Positions 17,731-27,833 are shown, counted from the first letter of the stretch. The stretch is 64,000 nt of DNA from Eubacteriales bacterium (GCA_045636865.1 JAZTYJ010000004.1:108662-172661), one strand, 5' to 3'. The notes: a model not told the origin generated them from the sequence alone. Made by a program: numbers and translations.

Positions 17731-17744
17731 TGCAACCGATTGCA
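17731..17744. promoter_or_regulatory. LacI-family operator TGCAACCGATTGCA (site 1)
   Basis: 14-bp palindrome with 12/14 symmetric positions and a central CG, 4 nt after the -10. An identical copy lies at 18806-18819. Confidence 0.6.
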
Positions 17745-17760
17745 CGAAAGGAGGGCGACT

Positions 17761-18789
17761 ATGCCTGACGTAACAATTTACACACTTGCAGAAGAGCTCA
17801 ATATGTCTCCGTCGATGGTGAGCCGCGCCTTCAATCCCGATGCGAGAATAAACGAAGAAAAACGAAAAACCGTACTTCGTGCGGCAGAAAAATACAACTT
17901 TTCTCCTAATAAATTTGCATCGCGGCTTTCTCTGAAACCTGTAAAAATCGGGGTGCTTCTCAACAGTAATTTTGAAGTAAATACGAAAAAAATGCTTGCA
18001 GGCGTTGATGAGGCGTACAGCCGCCTGAAAGACTATAAAATCAATTATGATATCACGGTTTTAAATCACGATATACACAAATTTGAAGATTACGTTTCTG
18101 CGATAGAAAAATACAAGTCATACGACGGTGTTTGCCTTGCGGGATTCAGCGCTGAGAGATATACTCCTCTTGTGAATGAGCTTTATAAATCAAATCCGAA
18201 TATTGCGCAGGTGCAGGCAACAAACAGAAATGTTGAGTTTCTGATTGAGTCGCGTCATAACGAAGAGGTGGCATCATCTCTTGCGGCAGAGTTTCTCGGA
18301 AACTGCCTGAGACAGAGCGAGAGAAAGAACGTTCTTTTGTTTACGGGAAATCGCGAAAGTGCGCTTCATGCTGTTGCAGAAAAGGCGTTTTTTGCAGCTT
18401 GCAAAGAGCATGGAATGACGGTTATCGACAGCATTGATATGAAGGATAACGAAAAATATCTTTCGGAAATATTGCCGTCTGTTTTTGCAAAAAACAAAGA
18501 CACGGCAGACGCAATCTACATAACAAGCGGTTTTTCTCTATCGCTTTGCAGGTACCTTGAAGAAAATGAAATAAGCATTCCGTTTGTCGCATTTGACGTA
18601 TACGATGAAATCAAAAAGTATATGGAAAAGGGAATTATATCTGCGGCGATTTCGCAGAATGTAACAAAGCAGATGGAAACAGCTTTTGAAAAGCTTGCGC
18701 GATATATCATAGCGGGGGAGGAGTGCGAAAAGACGGTTTTTACCGACGTTCAGCTCGTTTTAAAAAGCAATATTCATCAGTTCGAGTAA
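17761..18789 (+). CDS. LacI family transcriptional regulator
   Basis: ATG at 17761 with RBS AAGGAGGG. N-terminal HTH VTIYTLAEELNMSPSMVSRAFN plus a periplasmic-binding-protein-like fold. Confidence 0.9.
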   Translation: MPDVTIYTLAEELNMSPSMVSRAFNPDARINEEKRKTVLRAAEKYNFSPNKFASRLSLKPVKIGVLLNSNFEVNTKKMLAGVDEAYSRLKDYKINYDITVLNHDIHKFEDYVSAIEKYKSYDGVCLAGFSAERYTPLVNELYKSNPNIAQVQATNRNVEFLIESRHNEEVASSLAAEFLGNCLRQSERKNVLLFTGNRESALHAVAEKAFFAACKEHGMTVIDSIDMKDNEKYLSEILPSVFAKNKDTADAIYITSGFSLSLCRYLEENEISIPFVAFDVYDEIKKYMEKGIISAAISQNVTKQMETAFEKLARYIIAGEECEKTVFTDVQLVLKSNIHQFE

Positions 18790-18805
18790 AAAAATTTATG
18801 CGTTG

Positions 18806-18819
18806 TGCAACCGATTGCA
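18806..18819. promoter_or_regulatory. LacI-family operator TGCAACCGATTGCA (site 2)
   Basis: Exact repeat of site 1, 19 nt upstream of the first GH36-like gene. Confidence 0.6.
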
Positions 18820-18837
18820 CGGAAAGGAAGATGAAAA

Positions 18838-20733
18838 ATGAAACACAATTTCAGCTTTAAATATGACGGGAAAGAAATAACCGCCGCGTCTTTAAACGCA
18901 GGCGTCTGCGAGGTTTCAAAAGACGTTTTTGTAACACTCACGGAAAGGAAGATTGAAGGATATGACGCGAGCGAATGGCTCCTCTATTTTGAAAACAAGT
19001 CAGACAGGATAAGTGGAATATTCTCCGATATTCTCGACTGCGACACGCTCTTTCCGCTTACCTATCCGCGCCCGAGAAGGAACGGATATGTTCCGGTTGA
19101 CGGTGATGCCTGTGTTATAACAATGAACGGCATCGGAAACTGCAAGTATTACTGGAATGACGATAAGGTAAGTGCACGCGAATTTGCGCTCAACAAAGAA
19201 TACCTCGACAACTGCGTTGTTGAAAATACAAAGACATTTGAGAACATCAGAGGTCTTTCGAGCAACGAGCTTATGCCGTTTTTTGACGTAACGGCAAACG
19301 GCGAGGGATACTTTGTCGCAATCGGATGGACAGGCAGCTGGAGAGCAACGTTTGTAAAGTGCGATGACGGCATCCGCGCAAAAATGGGACTGCAGGAGAC
19401 AAAATTCTATCTTGAACCGGGGGAGAAAATCCGAACAGCTTCGATTATGGTTCTTAAGTATGAAAAGGGCGAGGATAAGTACAATAAGATCCGCCGCTTT
19501 ATAAAGGAGAACTACTCACACAAAGCAGCTTTCCCGGAAAAGAAAGACGGTGTTATGGCGTATTCTGTCTGGGGAGGGCTTCCGAGCAAAATGCAGGTTG
19601 AGAGACTTGCTGAGTTTAAAAAGTCGGGTGCAAAGTTTGAGGAGTACTGGATAGATGCCGCGTGGTACGGCAACTGTCAGAAGTGCGAGGAAGAGTTCAG
19701 CGGCGACTGGGGAGACCACACAGGCGAATGGACTCCTAACCCGAAAGTGCATCCGAATGAGCTTATGGACGTAAAAGCCGCGGCTGAGGATGCAGGACTT
19801 CGCTTTATGCTCTGGCTTGAGCCTGAGCGCGCAATAACGGGAACTCGCGTTGTGAAGGAGCACCCCGAATGGTTTATAACTCTTCCGGATAACACATCAA
19901 ATATGCTCTGGTACGGAAACGAAGAAGCCCTTGAATATACCTGCAAGCTTCTTTCTGAAAAAGTTGAGAAGTATAATCTTTCAGTCTACCGCCAGGACTT
20001 TAATGTGCAGATTGAGGACTACTGCAAGCAGAACGATGCTGAAAACCGCATCGGTATAACTGAAATCAAGCACATTATGGGTATGTATCGTGTCTGGGAT
20101 TACTTGCTCTCGAAGTATCCTCACCTTATAATCGACAACTGCTGTGGCGGCGGAAGACGTATTGATATCGAGACTCTCCGACGATCAATCCCTGTTTGCA
20201 GAACGGATTTTCAGGTAACCTTCAACACAAACCCCGAGGCTTTGCAGGTACAGACAACAAATATCTCAAAATACTTCCCGTTTAACGGTTGCCAGTATCG
20301 AAACAGCGGTGATACATACGTTGCACGAAGCTCATACTCATCAAGCTGGGCGTGCTCTCCGTACGGATGTGTGTTCCAGGAAATGGATGACGAGAAGTTT
20401 GCGTGGCTCAAGACTGTTTCGGAGGAATACAGACGTATCCGCAGGTACTTCTCCGAGGATTACTATAATCACGCGTCCTGCACTTTTGACGATACCGGCT
20501 GGACAGTATGGCAGTACCACGATCCGAAGGATCAGAGTGGTATTATTATGGCATTCCGTCGTTCAAATTGCGTGTTTGATACGATTCCGGTAAACCTTTG
20601 CGGGCTTGTTGACGGCAAGAAATATGATGTTTTGAATATCGACACAGAGGAAGCTTTTGAAATCACGGATTCACTCGAAATAACACTTCCCGAAAAACGC
20701 TCAAGCGTAATTTTTGAGTACAAGATGAAATAA
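18838..20733 (+). CDS. GH36-like (clan GH-D, alpha-galactosidase-type) glycoside hydrolase, copy 1
   Basis: YRQDFNV (cf. KWDMN nucleophile motif), IDNCCGGGRRID (cf. CxGGGGR) and CRTDFQ (acid/base region). No signal peptide. Confidence 0.65.
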   Translation: MKHNFSFKYDGKEITAASLNAGVCEVSKDVFVTLTERKIEGYDASEWLLYFENKSDRISGIFSDILDCDTLFPLTYPRPRRNGYVPVDGDACVITMNGIGNCKYYWNDDKVSAREFALNKEYLDNCVVENTKTFENIRGLSSNELMPFFDVTANGEGYFVAIGWTGSWRATFVKCDDGIRAKMGLQETKFYLEPGEKIRTASIMVLKYEKGEDKYNKIRRFIKENYSHKAAFPEKKDGVMAYSVWGGLPSKMQVERLAEFKKSGAKFEEYWIDAAWYGNCQKCEEEFSGDWGDHTGEWTPNPKVHPNELMDVKAAAEDAGLRFMLWLEPERAITGTRVVKEHPEWFITLPDNTSNMLWYGNEEALEYTCKLLSEKVEKYNLSVYRQDFNVQIEDYCKQNDAENRIGITEIKHIMGMYRVWDYLLSKYPHLIIDNCCGGGRRIDIETLRRSIPVCRTDFQVTFNTNPEALQVQTTNISKYFPFNGCQYRNSGDTYVARSSYSSSWACSPYGCVFQEMDDEKFAWLKTVSEEYRRIRRYFSEDYYNHASCTFDDTGWTVWQYHDPKDQSGIIMAFRRSNCVFDTIPVNLCGLVDGKKYDVLNIDTEEAFEITDSLEITLPEKRSSVIFEYKMK

Positions 20734-20761
20734 CAAAAGCCTGCAGAGAAGAGGTGTATTT

Positions 20762-22660
20762 ATGAAACCGCAATTTTGCTTTAAGTATGACGGAAAAGTT
20801 ATCGATTATAATTCACCGCATTCAAAAAATGGAGTGTATGAGGTTACAAAAGGAGTATATGTAACACTCTCGCAGAAGAATTATGATGATTTTGATGCGA
20901 CGGAATGGGTTTTGTTTTTTGAAAACAAATCCGACAAGATAAGCGGCATTTTTTCTGATATTGCAGATTGCGCTGCATGTTTTTCTCTCGAGCACCCAAA
21001 ATCTCCGAATCCCGGATTTATGCCGAAAGAGGGAGATGCCTGTGTCATTACGATGACAGGTGTAATAAAATGCGAAAACTATTGGGATAACGATAAAAAG
21101 AGTGCTGAAGAATTTGCGTTCAATTTTGAATATCTCGATAAATGTCCCGAACAGACAAAAACCTTTGCGAATATAAAAGGACTTTCAAGCAACGAGATAA
21201 TGCCGTTTTTTGACGTTACCTCACAGGGTGACGGTTATTTCACGGCAATCGGTTGGTCAGGTTCGTGGAAGGCGGAGTTTAAAAAGACAGATTGCGGCAT
21301 CAACATGCGCGCAGGTCTTTCAAAAGCTGAATTTTACCTTGAACCCGGTGAGCAGGTTCGCACAGCTTCAATTCTTGTTATGAGGTATCAGAAGGGCGAA
21401 GACAAACATAACAAAATAAGGAGCCTTATCAAAAAGTATTATTCGCATAAGTCATCATTTCCCGAAAAGGCAGACGGAGTTATGGCATATGAAATGTGGG
21501 GAGGGCTTCCGAGTGCGGAGATGAAAAAACGCCTCGGTGAGTTTTCGTCCCACGGAATAAAGTTTGATAAGTTCTGGGTTGATGCCGCGTGGTACGGTAA
21601 CTGCAAAAAATGCGAAGAGGCATTCAGCGGTGACTGGGGTGAGCATACGGGCGAGTGGACACCGAATCCGAAGGTGCATCCGGGCGGACTTGCGGATGTT
21701 GTTGACTGTGCAAAAGACGCAGGGATGGATTTTATGCTGTGGATAGAACCTGAAAGGGCAATTACCGGAACACGCGTTGTAAAAGAACATCCCGAATGGT
21801 TTATCACGCTTCCTGATAACACATCAAATATGCTCTGGTACGGAAATGAGGACGCACTTGAATATACAAAAAAGCTTCTTTGCGATTGCATAGAAAAATA
21901 CAGTATGTCATGTTACCGTCAGGACTTCAACGTTCAGCTCGAGGATTACTGCATTGAAAATGACAAGGGCGGAAGAATCGGCATAACCGAAATCAAACAC
22001 GTTATGGGTATGTATAAGCTCTGGGATTATCTCCTTGAGAAATATCCGCACCTTATAATCGACAACTGCTGCGGTGGCGGAAGAAGAATTGATATAGAAA
22101 CACTCCGACGCTCAACTCCGGTGCTCCGAACAGATTATCAATGCAACTTCAACCCGAATCCCGAGGTCTATCAGGTGCACAACACAAATATTTCGGCATA
22201 CTTTCCGTACACAGGTTGCGGACAGAAGGTAAAGGGCGATACTTATGCGGTAAGAAGCTCATATTCAACAAGTTGGAGCGCGATGTTTTACAGCACGATT
22301 TTTCAGAGCATGACCGAAGAGGATTTTTCGTGGACAAAGAAAATTTCAGAGGAATATATGCGCATTCGCAGATATTTTTCAACGGATTTTTACAACCACG
22401 GGTCAAATGTGCTTGATGACACTTCGTGGACTGTCTGGCAGTATCACGATGCGGAAAGTCAGAGCGGAATCGTTATGGCATTCAGACGCGAAAACTCTCC
22501 GTTTGAGGAAATTAAAATAAATCTTCGGGGAGTTGACAACGGAAAGAAGTATGAAGTGTCAAATCTTGATACTGAAGAGAATTTTGAAGTTTCGGATTTA
22601 TTAAGAATATGCCTTTCTGAAAAACGTTCAAGTGTAATTCTTGAATACAGAGTGAAATAA
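20762..22660 (+). CDS. GH36-like glycoside hydrolase, copy 2
   Basis: Collinear paralog of copy 1 with the same catalytic motifs (YRQDFNV, IDNCCGGGRRID, LRTDYQ). Confidence 0.65.
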   Translation: MKPQFCFKYDGKVIDYNSPHSKNGVYEVTKGVYVTLSQKNYDDFDATEWVLFFENKSDKISGIFSDIADCAACFSLEHPKSPNPGFMPKEGDACVITMTGVIKCENYWDNDKKSAEEFAFNFEYLDKCPEQTKTFANIKGLSSNEIMPFFDVTSQGDGYFTAIGWSGSWKAEFKKTDCGINMRAGLSKAEFYLEPGEQVRTASILVMRYQKGEDKHNKIRSLIKKYYSHKSSFPEKADGVMAYEMWGGLPSAEMKKRLGEFSSHGIKFDKFWVDAAWYGNCKKCEEAFSGDWGEHTGEWTPNPKVHPGGLADVVDCAKDAGMDFMLWIEPERAITGTRVVKEHPEWFITLPDNTSNMLWYGNEDALEYTKKLLCDCIEKYSMSCYRQDFNVQLEDYCIENDKGGRIGITEIKHVMGMYKLWDYLLEKYPHLIIDNCCGGGRRIDIETLRRSTPVLRTDYQCNFNPNPEVYQVHNTNISAYFPYTGCGQKVKGDTYAVRSSYSTSWSAMFYSTIFQSMTEEDFSWTKKISEEYMRIRRYFSTDFYNHGSNVLDDTSWTVWQYHDAESQSGIVMAFRRENSPFEEIKINLRGVDNGKKYEVSNLDTEENFEVSDLLRICLSEKRSSVILEYRVK

Positions 22661-22671
22661 GGAGAACAAAG

Positions 22672-23523
22672 ATGATTGCTTTACAGATTCTGACTTCAAT
22701 ATCGTCAATGGTTGTGCAAAACTGTGTTTATAACGTGGTTTGCAAAAAAGAACTGCCCACAAATGACCATATAAGCAGATTTAATATGATTACATATTTT
22801 TTGTGTGCAATTCTTTTCGGTATCGGCATTATAGGAGGCAGTATATCTCCGTACACCGTGCTTTTGGGGCTTCTCTACGGAGCTGTTACGGCTCTTGCGA
22901 TTGCATATAAGATGCTTTCGCTTTCAGCAGGTCCGCTCAATATAACGCTTCTTATTACATCGTCTTCGATGATAATTCCGACGATGTCGGGCGTATTTTT
23001 CGGCGAAGAATTTTCGCTTGCAAAGCTCATAGCTGTTATTGTCCTCATTTTTTTCATTTACCTTTCTCTTGGTCGCGGCGGCGATGGAAAGATAAATAAG
23101 AAGTGGATTATATATTGTTTGCTTTGCTTTATAACATCGGGTGCCGGTGGTGTTATTCAAAAAATTCATCAGAGTTCAGCATTTAAAGGTGAGACAAACG
23201 GTTTTCTTCTTGCGGCGTTTGCCTGTTCTATTGTTTATAGCAGAATAAGGTCAAAAAAGACATTCAAAGAGCTTAAGTTTACAAAGAAACACGTCTTATT
23301 TGCTCTTGTCTGCGGACTTTGTACATATGCAATGAATGTTATAAATCTTCGTCTTACGGGGCTTTTGCCGAGTCAGCTTTTCTTTCCGCTGGTAAACGGA
23401 AGTGCAATTTTTTTAGGATTTTTAACGTCATGGCTTGTTTTCAAAGAACGACTTTCAAAGAGACAGATTATCGGTATTTGCGGAGGCTTCCTGTCGCTTC
23501 TTGCAGTGTGCGTAGTTAAGTGA
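22672..23523 (+). CDS. DMT-superfamily (EamA/RhaT/GRP-like) 10-TM transporter
   Basis: 283 aa with two 5-TM halves, directly downstream of the GH36-like pair. Confidence 0.55.
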   Translation: MIALQILTSISSMVVQNCVYNVVCKKELPTNDHISRFNMITYFLCAILFGIGIIGGSISPYTVLLGLLYGAVTALAIAYKMLSLSAGPLNITLLITSSSMIIPTMSGVFFGEEFSLAKLIAVIVLIFFIYLSLGRGGDGKINKKWIIYCLLCFITSGAGGVIQKIHQSSAFKGETNGFLLAAFACSIVYSRIRSKKTFKELKFTKKHVLFALVCGLCTYAMNVINLRLTGLLPSQLFFPLVNGSAIFLGFLTSWLVFKERLSKRQIIGICGGFLSLLAVCVVK

Positions 23524-23532
23524 AAAACAGAA

Positions 23533-23567
23533 AAACCCATGCATCACGTTTCGGGATGCATGGGTTT
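23533..23567. terminator. bidirectional intrinsic terminator
   Basis: aacccatgcatc-9 nt loop-gatgcatgggtt between convergent genes, with A/T runs on both flanks. Confidence 0.7.
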
Positions 23568-23576
23568 ATGTTTGAT

Positions 23577-24671
23577 TTATTTTTTATGAGAATCGTCGTT
23601 CGGCAGTTTGTTTTTGATAAAGTCAAAATATCCCCAGTCATAAAACTGTTTTATAAGTGCAACGACGATGGGAGTAAACATTCCGATTATTCCGAAAACC
23701 TTAAGACCAATGTAGATGCACAAAAGAGTTATAAGCGGGTGAAGTCCTATATGCTCACCGACGACCTTCGGCTCGATGAGATTTCTCACTATCGTGACAA
23801 CTGCATAGATTATTGCAAGACCTATTGCGAGAAAATAATTTCCGGAGAAAAGGGAAACAACCGCCCACGGCATAAGTATCCAGCCTGTGCCGAGAATCGG
23901 GAGCGCGTCAATAATCGCAACAACTGCGGCGATGAGTATCGCGTTTTTTATCCGGAGGATACAAAGACCGATAGAAAGCTCAACAAAGGTGATGCAAATG
24001 AGAACCATAACCGCGCGGAGGTATGAGAGCAGGGTTTCTGAAAGCTGACGCTTGAAGAAACGGTAGCGGGATTTCCATTTGTCGTTTGCGGCATCGGAAA
24101 TCGACTTTTTGAGCTTTTCAAAATCGGAGCTGAAAAAGAAGGTCGAAGCGATTGCCGCGATGATAAAGATAAGAATTGACGGAAGGACAGACGCAAAGTC
24201 TGCTGCATAGGAAACTATCGGGGAAATGAGCTTCTGGAGTGCTCCCACAAGCTCTGACAGCCAGCCTTCTATGTTAGTATATATAAATCCCTGAACACCA
24301 AGCGGAAGGTTTGATAAAATGCTTGTAAAGGAGGCGTTGAGCTCGTTGACTGTAAGGTCGATGTCAAGCGTGCGCAGTTTTTCAAAAAGCAAAACAATCG
24401 TATGAATCAGGCGTGAAGTTGCAAAGTAGAGAAGCGTTCCTATGATTACGTAAAAGAGCAACGTGAAGATAATGCTTGCAAGCGGTCTTGGAAAATGCAG
24501 CTTCTTTTCAAAAAATGCAACGGGCTTTTCGATAATCCGTGAAAAAATGAAAGCAAGAATAAACGGAGCAAGCCATGGAAGTGCGTATTTAAAACTAAAC
24601 CAAAGACCAAACAGCGCAAGCGCGGTGTAAAAAATATAAAGTAGTATGCGAATATGCTTATTTCCGGTCAT
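23577..24671 (-). CDS. ytvI: sporulation integral membrane protein YtvI (AI-2E/PerM family)
   Basis: Start ATG at 24671 with RBS AGGTGA. Multi-TM protein whose N-terminus resembles YtvI. Confidence 0.65.
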   Translation of the reverse strand: MTGNKHIRILLYIFYTALALFGLWFSFKYALPWLAPFILAFIFSRIIEKPVAFFEKKLHFPRPLASIIFTLLFYVIIGTLLYFATSRLIHTIVLLFEKLRTLDIDLTVNELNASFTSILSNLPLGVQGFIYTNIEGWLSELVGALQKLISPIVSYAADFASVLPSILIFIIAAIASTFFFSSDFEKLKKSISDAANDKWKSRYRFFKRQLSETLLSYLRAVMVLICITFVELSIGLCILRIKNAILIAAVVAIIDALPILGTGWILMPWAVVSLFSGNYFLAIGLAIIYAVVTIVRNLIEPKVVGEHIGLHPLITLLCIYIGLKVFGIIGMFTPIVVALIKQFYDWGYFDFIKNKLPNDDSHKK

Positions 24672-24849
24672 AGAGATCACCTGCCTTTTGAGTATATTAT
24701 ATATCAATATATACAGAAATAAAAGTTTTTTTTCACATATTGACAAAAAAATAAAAATTCAGAAAAAAAGCATTTTTATACTTGAATTATATGCTGATGT
24801 GTGATATCATAGTATCCGTGCTGGAAAAACAAATGACCGCGAGGGAGGG

Positions 24850-25299
24850 ATGTTCGTGAAGGATAATCACAAATACTATATAGTTCAGGACACGGCTCTT
24901 CCCGAGGTTCTCATAAAGTGCGTAAAGGCAAAGGAGTACCTCTCGTCAGGTCGGGCAAGAACGGTTGAAGAAGCGGCCTCACAGGCATCGCTCAGCCGGA
25001 GTGCTTTTTATAAATATAAGGATCTGATTTCTCCGTTTAACGCGATGTCGCTCGGACATATCATCACATTTTCGATGATTCTGCGCGATGAGCCGGGAGT
25101 TTTGTCGAGGATTCTTGCACATTTCGCATCGTACAGCGCAAACATCCTCACGATTTATCAGACGATTCCGAGCGGCGGCAGAGCTCCGGTTACGATTTCT
25201 GCCGAAACGCAGGATATGAGCACGGATATAGATATGTTTATTGTGCGCGCACGCGAGATAGAAGGGGTTATCTCCTTTAATCCGCTTGCAGGTCAGTAA
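24850..25299 (+). CDS. ACT domain-containing protein
   Basis: 149 aa. C-terminal ACT fold (ITFSMILRDEPGVLSRILAHFASYSANILTIYQ), positioned before hom. Confidence 0.7.
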   Translation: MFVKDNHKYYIVQDTALPEVLIKCVKAKEYLSSGRARTVEEAASQASLSRSAFYKYKDLISPFNAMSLGHIITFSMILRDEPGVLSRILAHFASYSANILTIYQTIPSGGRAPVTISAETQDMSTDIDMFIVRAREIEGVISFNPLAGQ

Positions 25300-25326
25300 A
25301 CGCTATTACATAAAGGGAGATATACT

Positions 25327-26544
25327 ATGAAAAAGATTGCAGTTTTAGGGTACGGTACGGTCGGATCGGGGGTTGTAGAACTTTTTGAGCAGAATAAAGA
25401 TTCGATTGCAAATCACCTCGGCGAGGAGATTGAAGTAAAATATATCGTAGACATCCGCGATTTCTCTTCAGACAAAAATGCGAAAAAGTTTGTAAAGGAC
25501 TTTTCGATAATTGAAAACGATTCTGAAATTTCCGTAGTGGTTGAAACTATCGGAGGTCTTAACCCGGCATACGATTTCACAAAGCGCGCGCTTCTCTCCG
25601 GAAAGAGTGTTGTAACTTCAAATAAAGAGCTTGTTGCAACACACGGCGCAGAATTTTTTGAAATTGCAAAGGACAAAGACGTAAGCTATCTCTTTGAAGC
25701 CTCGGTCGGCGGCGGAATCCCCGTAATCCGTCCGATAGCGCAATGTCTTGCCGCAAACAAGATCGACGAGATTTACGGAATATTGAACGGCACAACAAAT
25801 TACATTCTTACGCGTATGATAAAGGCGGGGCTTACTTTTGAGAAGGCTCTTGCAGAGGCTCAGGAGCTCGGCTATGCAGAGCGCGACCCGAGCGCAGATA
25901 TCGAAGGACACGATGCGTGCCGAAAAATCTGCATCCTTGCATCCCTCGCTTTCGGAACGCACATTTCTCCGGCAAACATTCCGACGGAGGGAATCACCAA
26001 GGTAACACTTGATGACGTGAACCTTGCGGGCAAGGCAGGAAAGGTCATTCGCCTTTTAGGTCGCACCGTTCTCTCAGACGATGGCAAGGTTTATGCATAT
26101 GTAGGTCCGCATCTTGTTGATAAATCCTCTCCGATTGCAGCTGTTGAAGATGTTTTCAATGCCATTATGGTTCACGGAAATATGGTAGGAAACACTATGT
26201 TCTACGGTCCGGGTGCAGGAAAGTTCCCGACAGCAAGCGCAGTTTGTGCAGACGTCATCGATGCGATAAAGCATATCGGTACGAAAAAGTACATCGGCTG
26301 GAAGCCAGAGCGCGAAGGCTCACTTGCGGATATGGGCAAGCTTCAGTCGAAGTTCTACGTTCACGTTGACGGCGAAAACGTTAGAAGTGCGGTAACACAG
26401 GTGTTTGGTGCTGTTGAGTTTATAAGTGATGAGCTTGCAACAGCGTTCATCACAGAAAAACTTTGCGAAAAGGACTTCGCAACGAAGCTTCAGACACTTT
26501 CTGAGAGATGCGACGTTCTTTCATCCATGCGCGTTCTCGGATAG
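25327..26544 (+). CDS. hom: homoserine dehydrogenase
   Basis: N-terminal GYGTVGSGV, a catalytic region (VTSNKELVA...EASVGGGIP) and a C-terminal ACT-like tail. Confidence 0.9.
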   Translation: MKKIAVLGYGTVGSGVVELFEQNKDSIANHLGEEIEVKYIVDIRDFSSDKNAKKFVKDFSIIENDSEISVVVETIGGLNPAYDFTKRALLSGKSVVTSNKELVATHGAEFFEIAKDKDVSYLFEASVGGGIPVIRPIAQCLAANKIDEIYGILNGTTNYILTRMIKAGLTFEKALAEAQELGYAERDPSADIEGHDACRKICILASLAFGTHISPANIPTEGITKVTLDDVNLAGKAGKVIRLLGRTVLSDDGKVYAYVGPHLVDKSSPIAAVEDVFNAIMVHGNMVGNTMFYGPGAGKFPTASAVCADVIDAIKHIGTKKYIGWKPEREGSLADMGKLQSKFYVHVDGENVRSAVTQVFGAVEFISDELATAFITEKLCEKDFATKLQTLSERCDVLSSMRVLG

Positions 26545-26584
26545 AATATTATAAAGTAAATTTTTCTGAAAGGAAGAAACATAA

Positions 26585-27787
26585 ATGAGTCTTATAGTAC
26601 AGAAGTTCGGTGGCTCGTCTGTTGCGGATACTGAACGTTTATTCAACGTTGCAGATATCGTAACAAGCACATATGCCGCAGGCAACGACGTTGTGGTTGT
26701 TGTATCTGCACAGGGCGACACGACAGATGACCTCATCGAAAAGGCAAAAGAGATTAACCCCAACCCTTCAAAGCGAGAGATGGACGTTCTCCTTGCAAAC
26801 GGCGAGCAGATTTCAATTTCGCTCCTTGCAATGGCAATTGAAAAGCTCGGTTACCCTGTAATCTCTCTCACAGGCTGGCAGGCAGGAATCCAGACAGGCA
26901 TGAACTACGGTTCAGCACGAATCAAGAAGATTGAGACCGAGCGTCTTAAGCTTGAGATTTCAAAGCGCAGAATCGTTATCGTTGCAGGTTTCCAGGGTAT
27001 CAACAAGTTCGAAGACATCACAACTCTCGGACGCGGCGGTTCTGACACAACAGCAGTTGCTCTTGCGGCAGCTCTCGGCGCAGACCTCTGCCAGATTTAT
27101 ACAGACGTTGACGGTGTCTATACTGCAGACCCGAGAAAGATTCCGACAGCAAAGAAGCTTGACGAAATTACTTATGACGAAATGCTTGAGCTCGCATCAC
27201 TCGGTGCACAGGTTCTTCACAACCGTTCAGTTGAAATGGGCAAGCGTTTTAATGTTGATATGGAGGTTATCTCCAGCTTTACCCGCAATCCGGGCACAAA
27301 AATTAAGGAGGCACATAAAGTGGAAAAAATGAATGTAAGCGGCGTTGCACGCGATATGGATATAGCACAGATTTCTCTCGTAAACATGGCAGATGCTCCG
27401 GGCATTGCCTATAAGGTATTCTCGCTCCTCGCAAACAAGGGCGTAAACGTAGATATCATTCTTCAGTCAATCGGCAGACAGGGCAACAAGGACATCGCAT
27501 TTACCGTTCCGTCTTCTTCTCTTGAACTTGCAAAGTCAGTTCTTGAAAACGGCAAGGAAGACCTTGGCTTTGAGTCTATAGCAGTCCGCGAAGACCTTTG
27601 CAAGCTCTCAATCGTAGGTGCAGGTATGGTTAACAACCCGGGCGTTGCAGCTATGATGTTTGAAGCTCTTTCAGCAGCTAACGTAAACATCGATATGATT
27701 TCAACAAGTGAAATCAAGGTTTCTGTTCTTATCAAGAAGGATGAGTCAGAACGTGCAATGCGCGCAGTTCACGACAAGTTCTTTTAA
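26585..27787 (+). CDS. aspartate kinase
   Basis: IVQKFGGSSV N-terminus, GRGGSDTTA, and two C-terminal ACT repeats. Confidence 0.9.
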   Translation: MSLIVQKFGGSSVADTERLFNVADIVTSTYAAGNDVVVVVSAQGDTTDDLIEKAKEINPNPSKREMDVLLANGEQISISLLAMAIEKLGYPVISLTGWQAGIQTGMNYGSARIKKIETERLKLEISKRRIVIVAGFQGINKFEDITTLGRGGSDTTAVALAAALGADLCQIYTDVDGVYTADPRKIPTAKKLDEITYDEMLELASLGAQVLHNRSVEMGKRFNVDMEVISSFTRNPGTKIKEAHKVEKMNVSGVARDMDIAQISLVNMADAPGIAYKVFSLLANKGVNVDIILQSIGRQGNKDIAFTVPSSSLELAKSVLENGKEDLGFESIAVREDLCKLSIVGAGMVNNPGVAAMMFEALSAANVNIDMISTSEIKVSVLIKKDESERAMRAVHDKFF

Positions 27788-27804
27788 TAGTTGAGAATTT
27801 AAAA

Positions 27805-27832
27805 AGCAGGTGCTTATCGCACCTGCTTTTTT
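27805..27832. terminator. bidirectional intrinsic terminator
   Basis: agcaggtgc-ttatc-gcacctgct flanked by AAAAA and TTTTTT. Confidence 0.8.
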
Positions 27833-27833
27833 G

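Noticed and set aside
17740-17760. A TTG start at 17740 for the LacI regulator, as in the ORF track.
   Set aside because: It would begin inside the operator, 13 nt after the -10. ATG 17761 is preceded by AAGGAGGG at ideal spacing and gives the canonical LacI N-terminus.
23520-24026. A 168-aa plus-strand ORF after the DMT transporter gene.
   Set aside because: It lies antisense to ytvI and starts inside the bidirectional terminator. It has no RBS and no recognisable domain.
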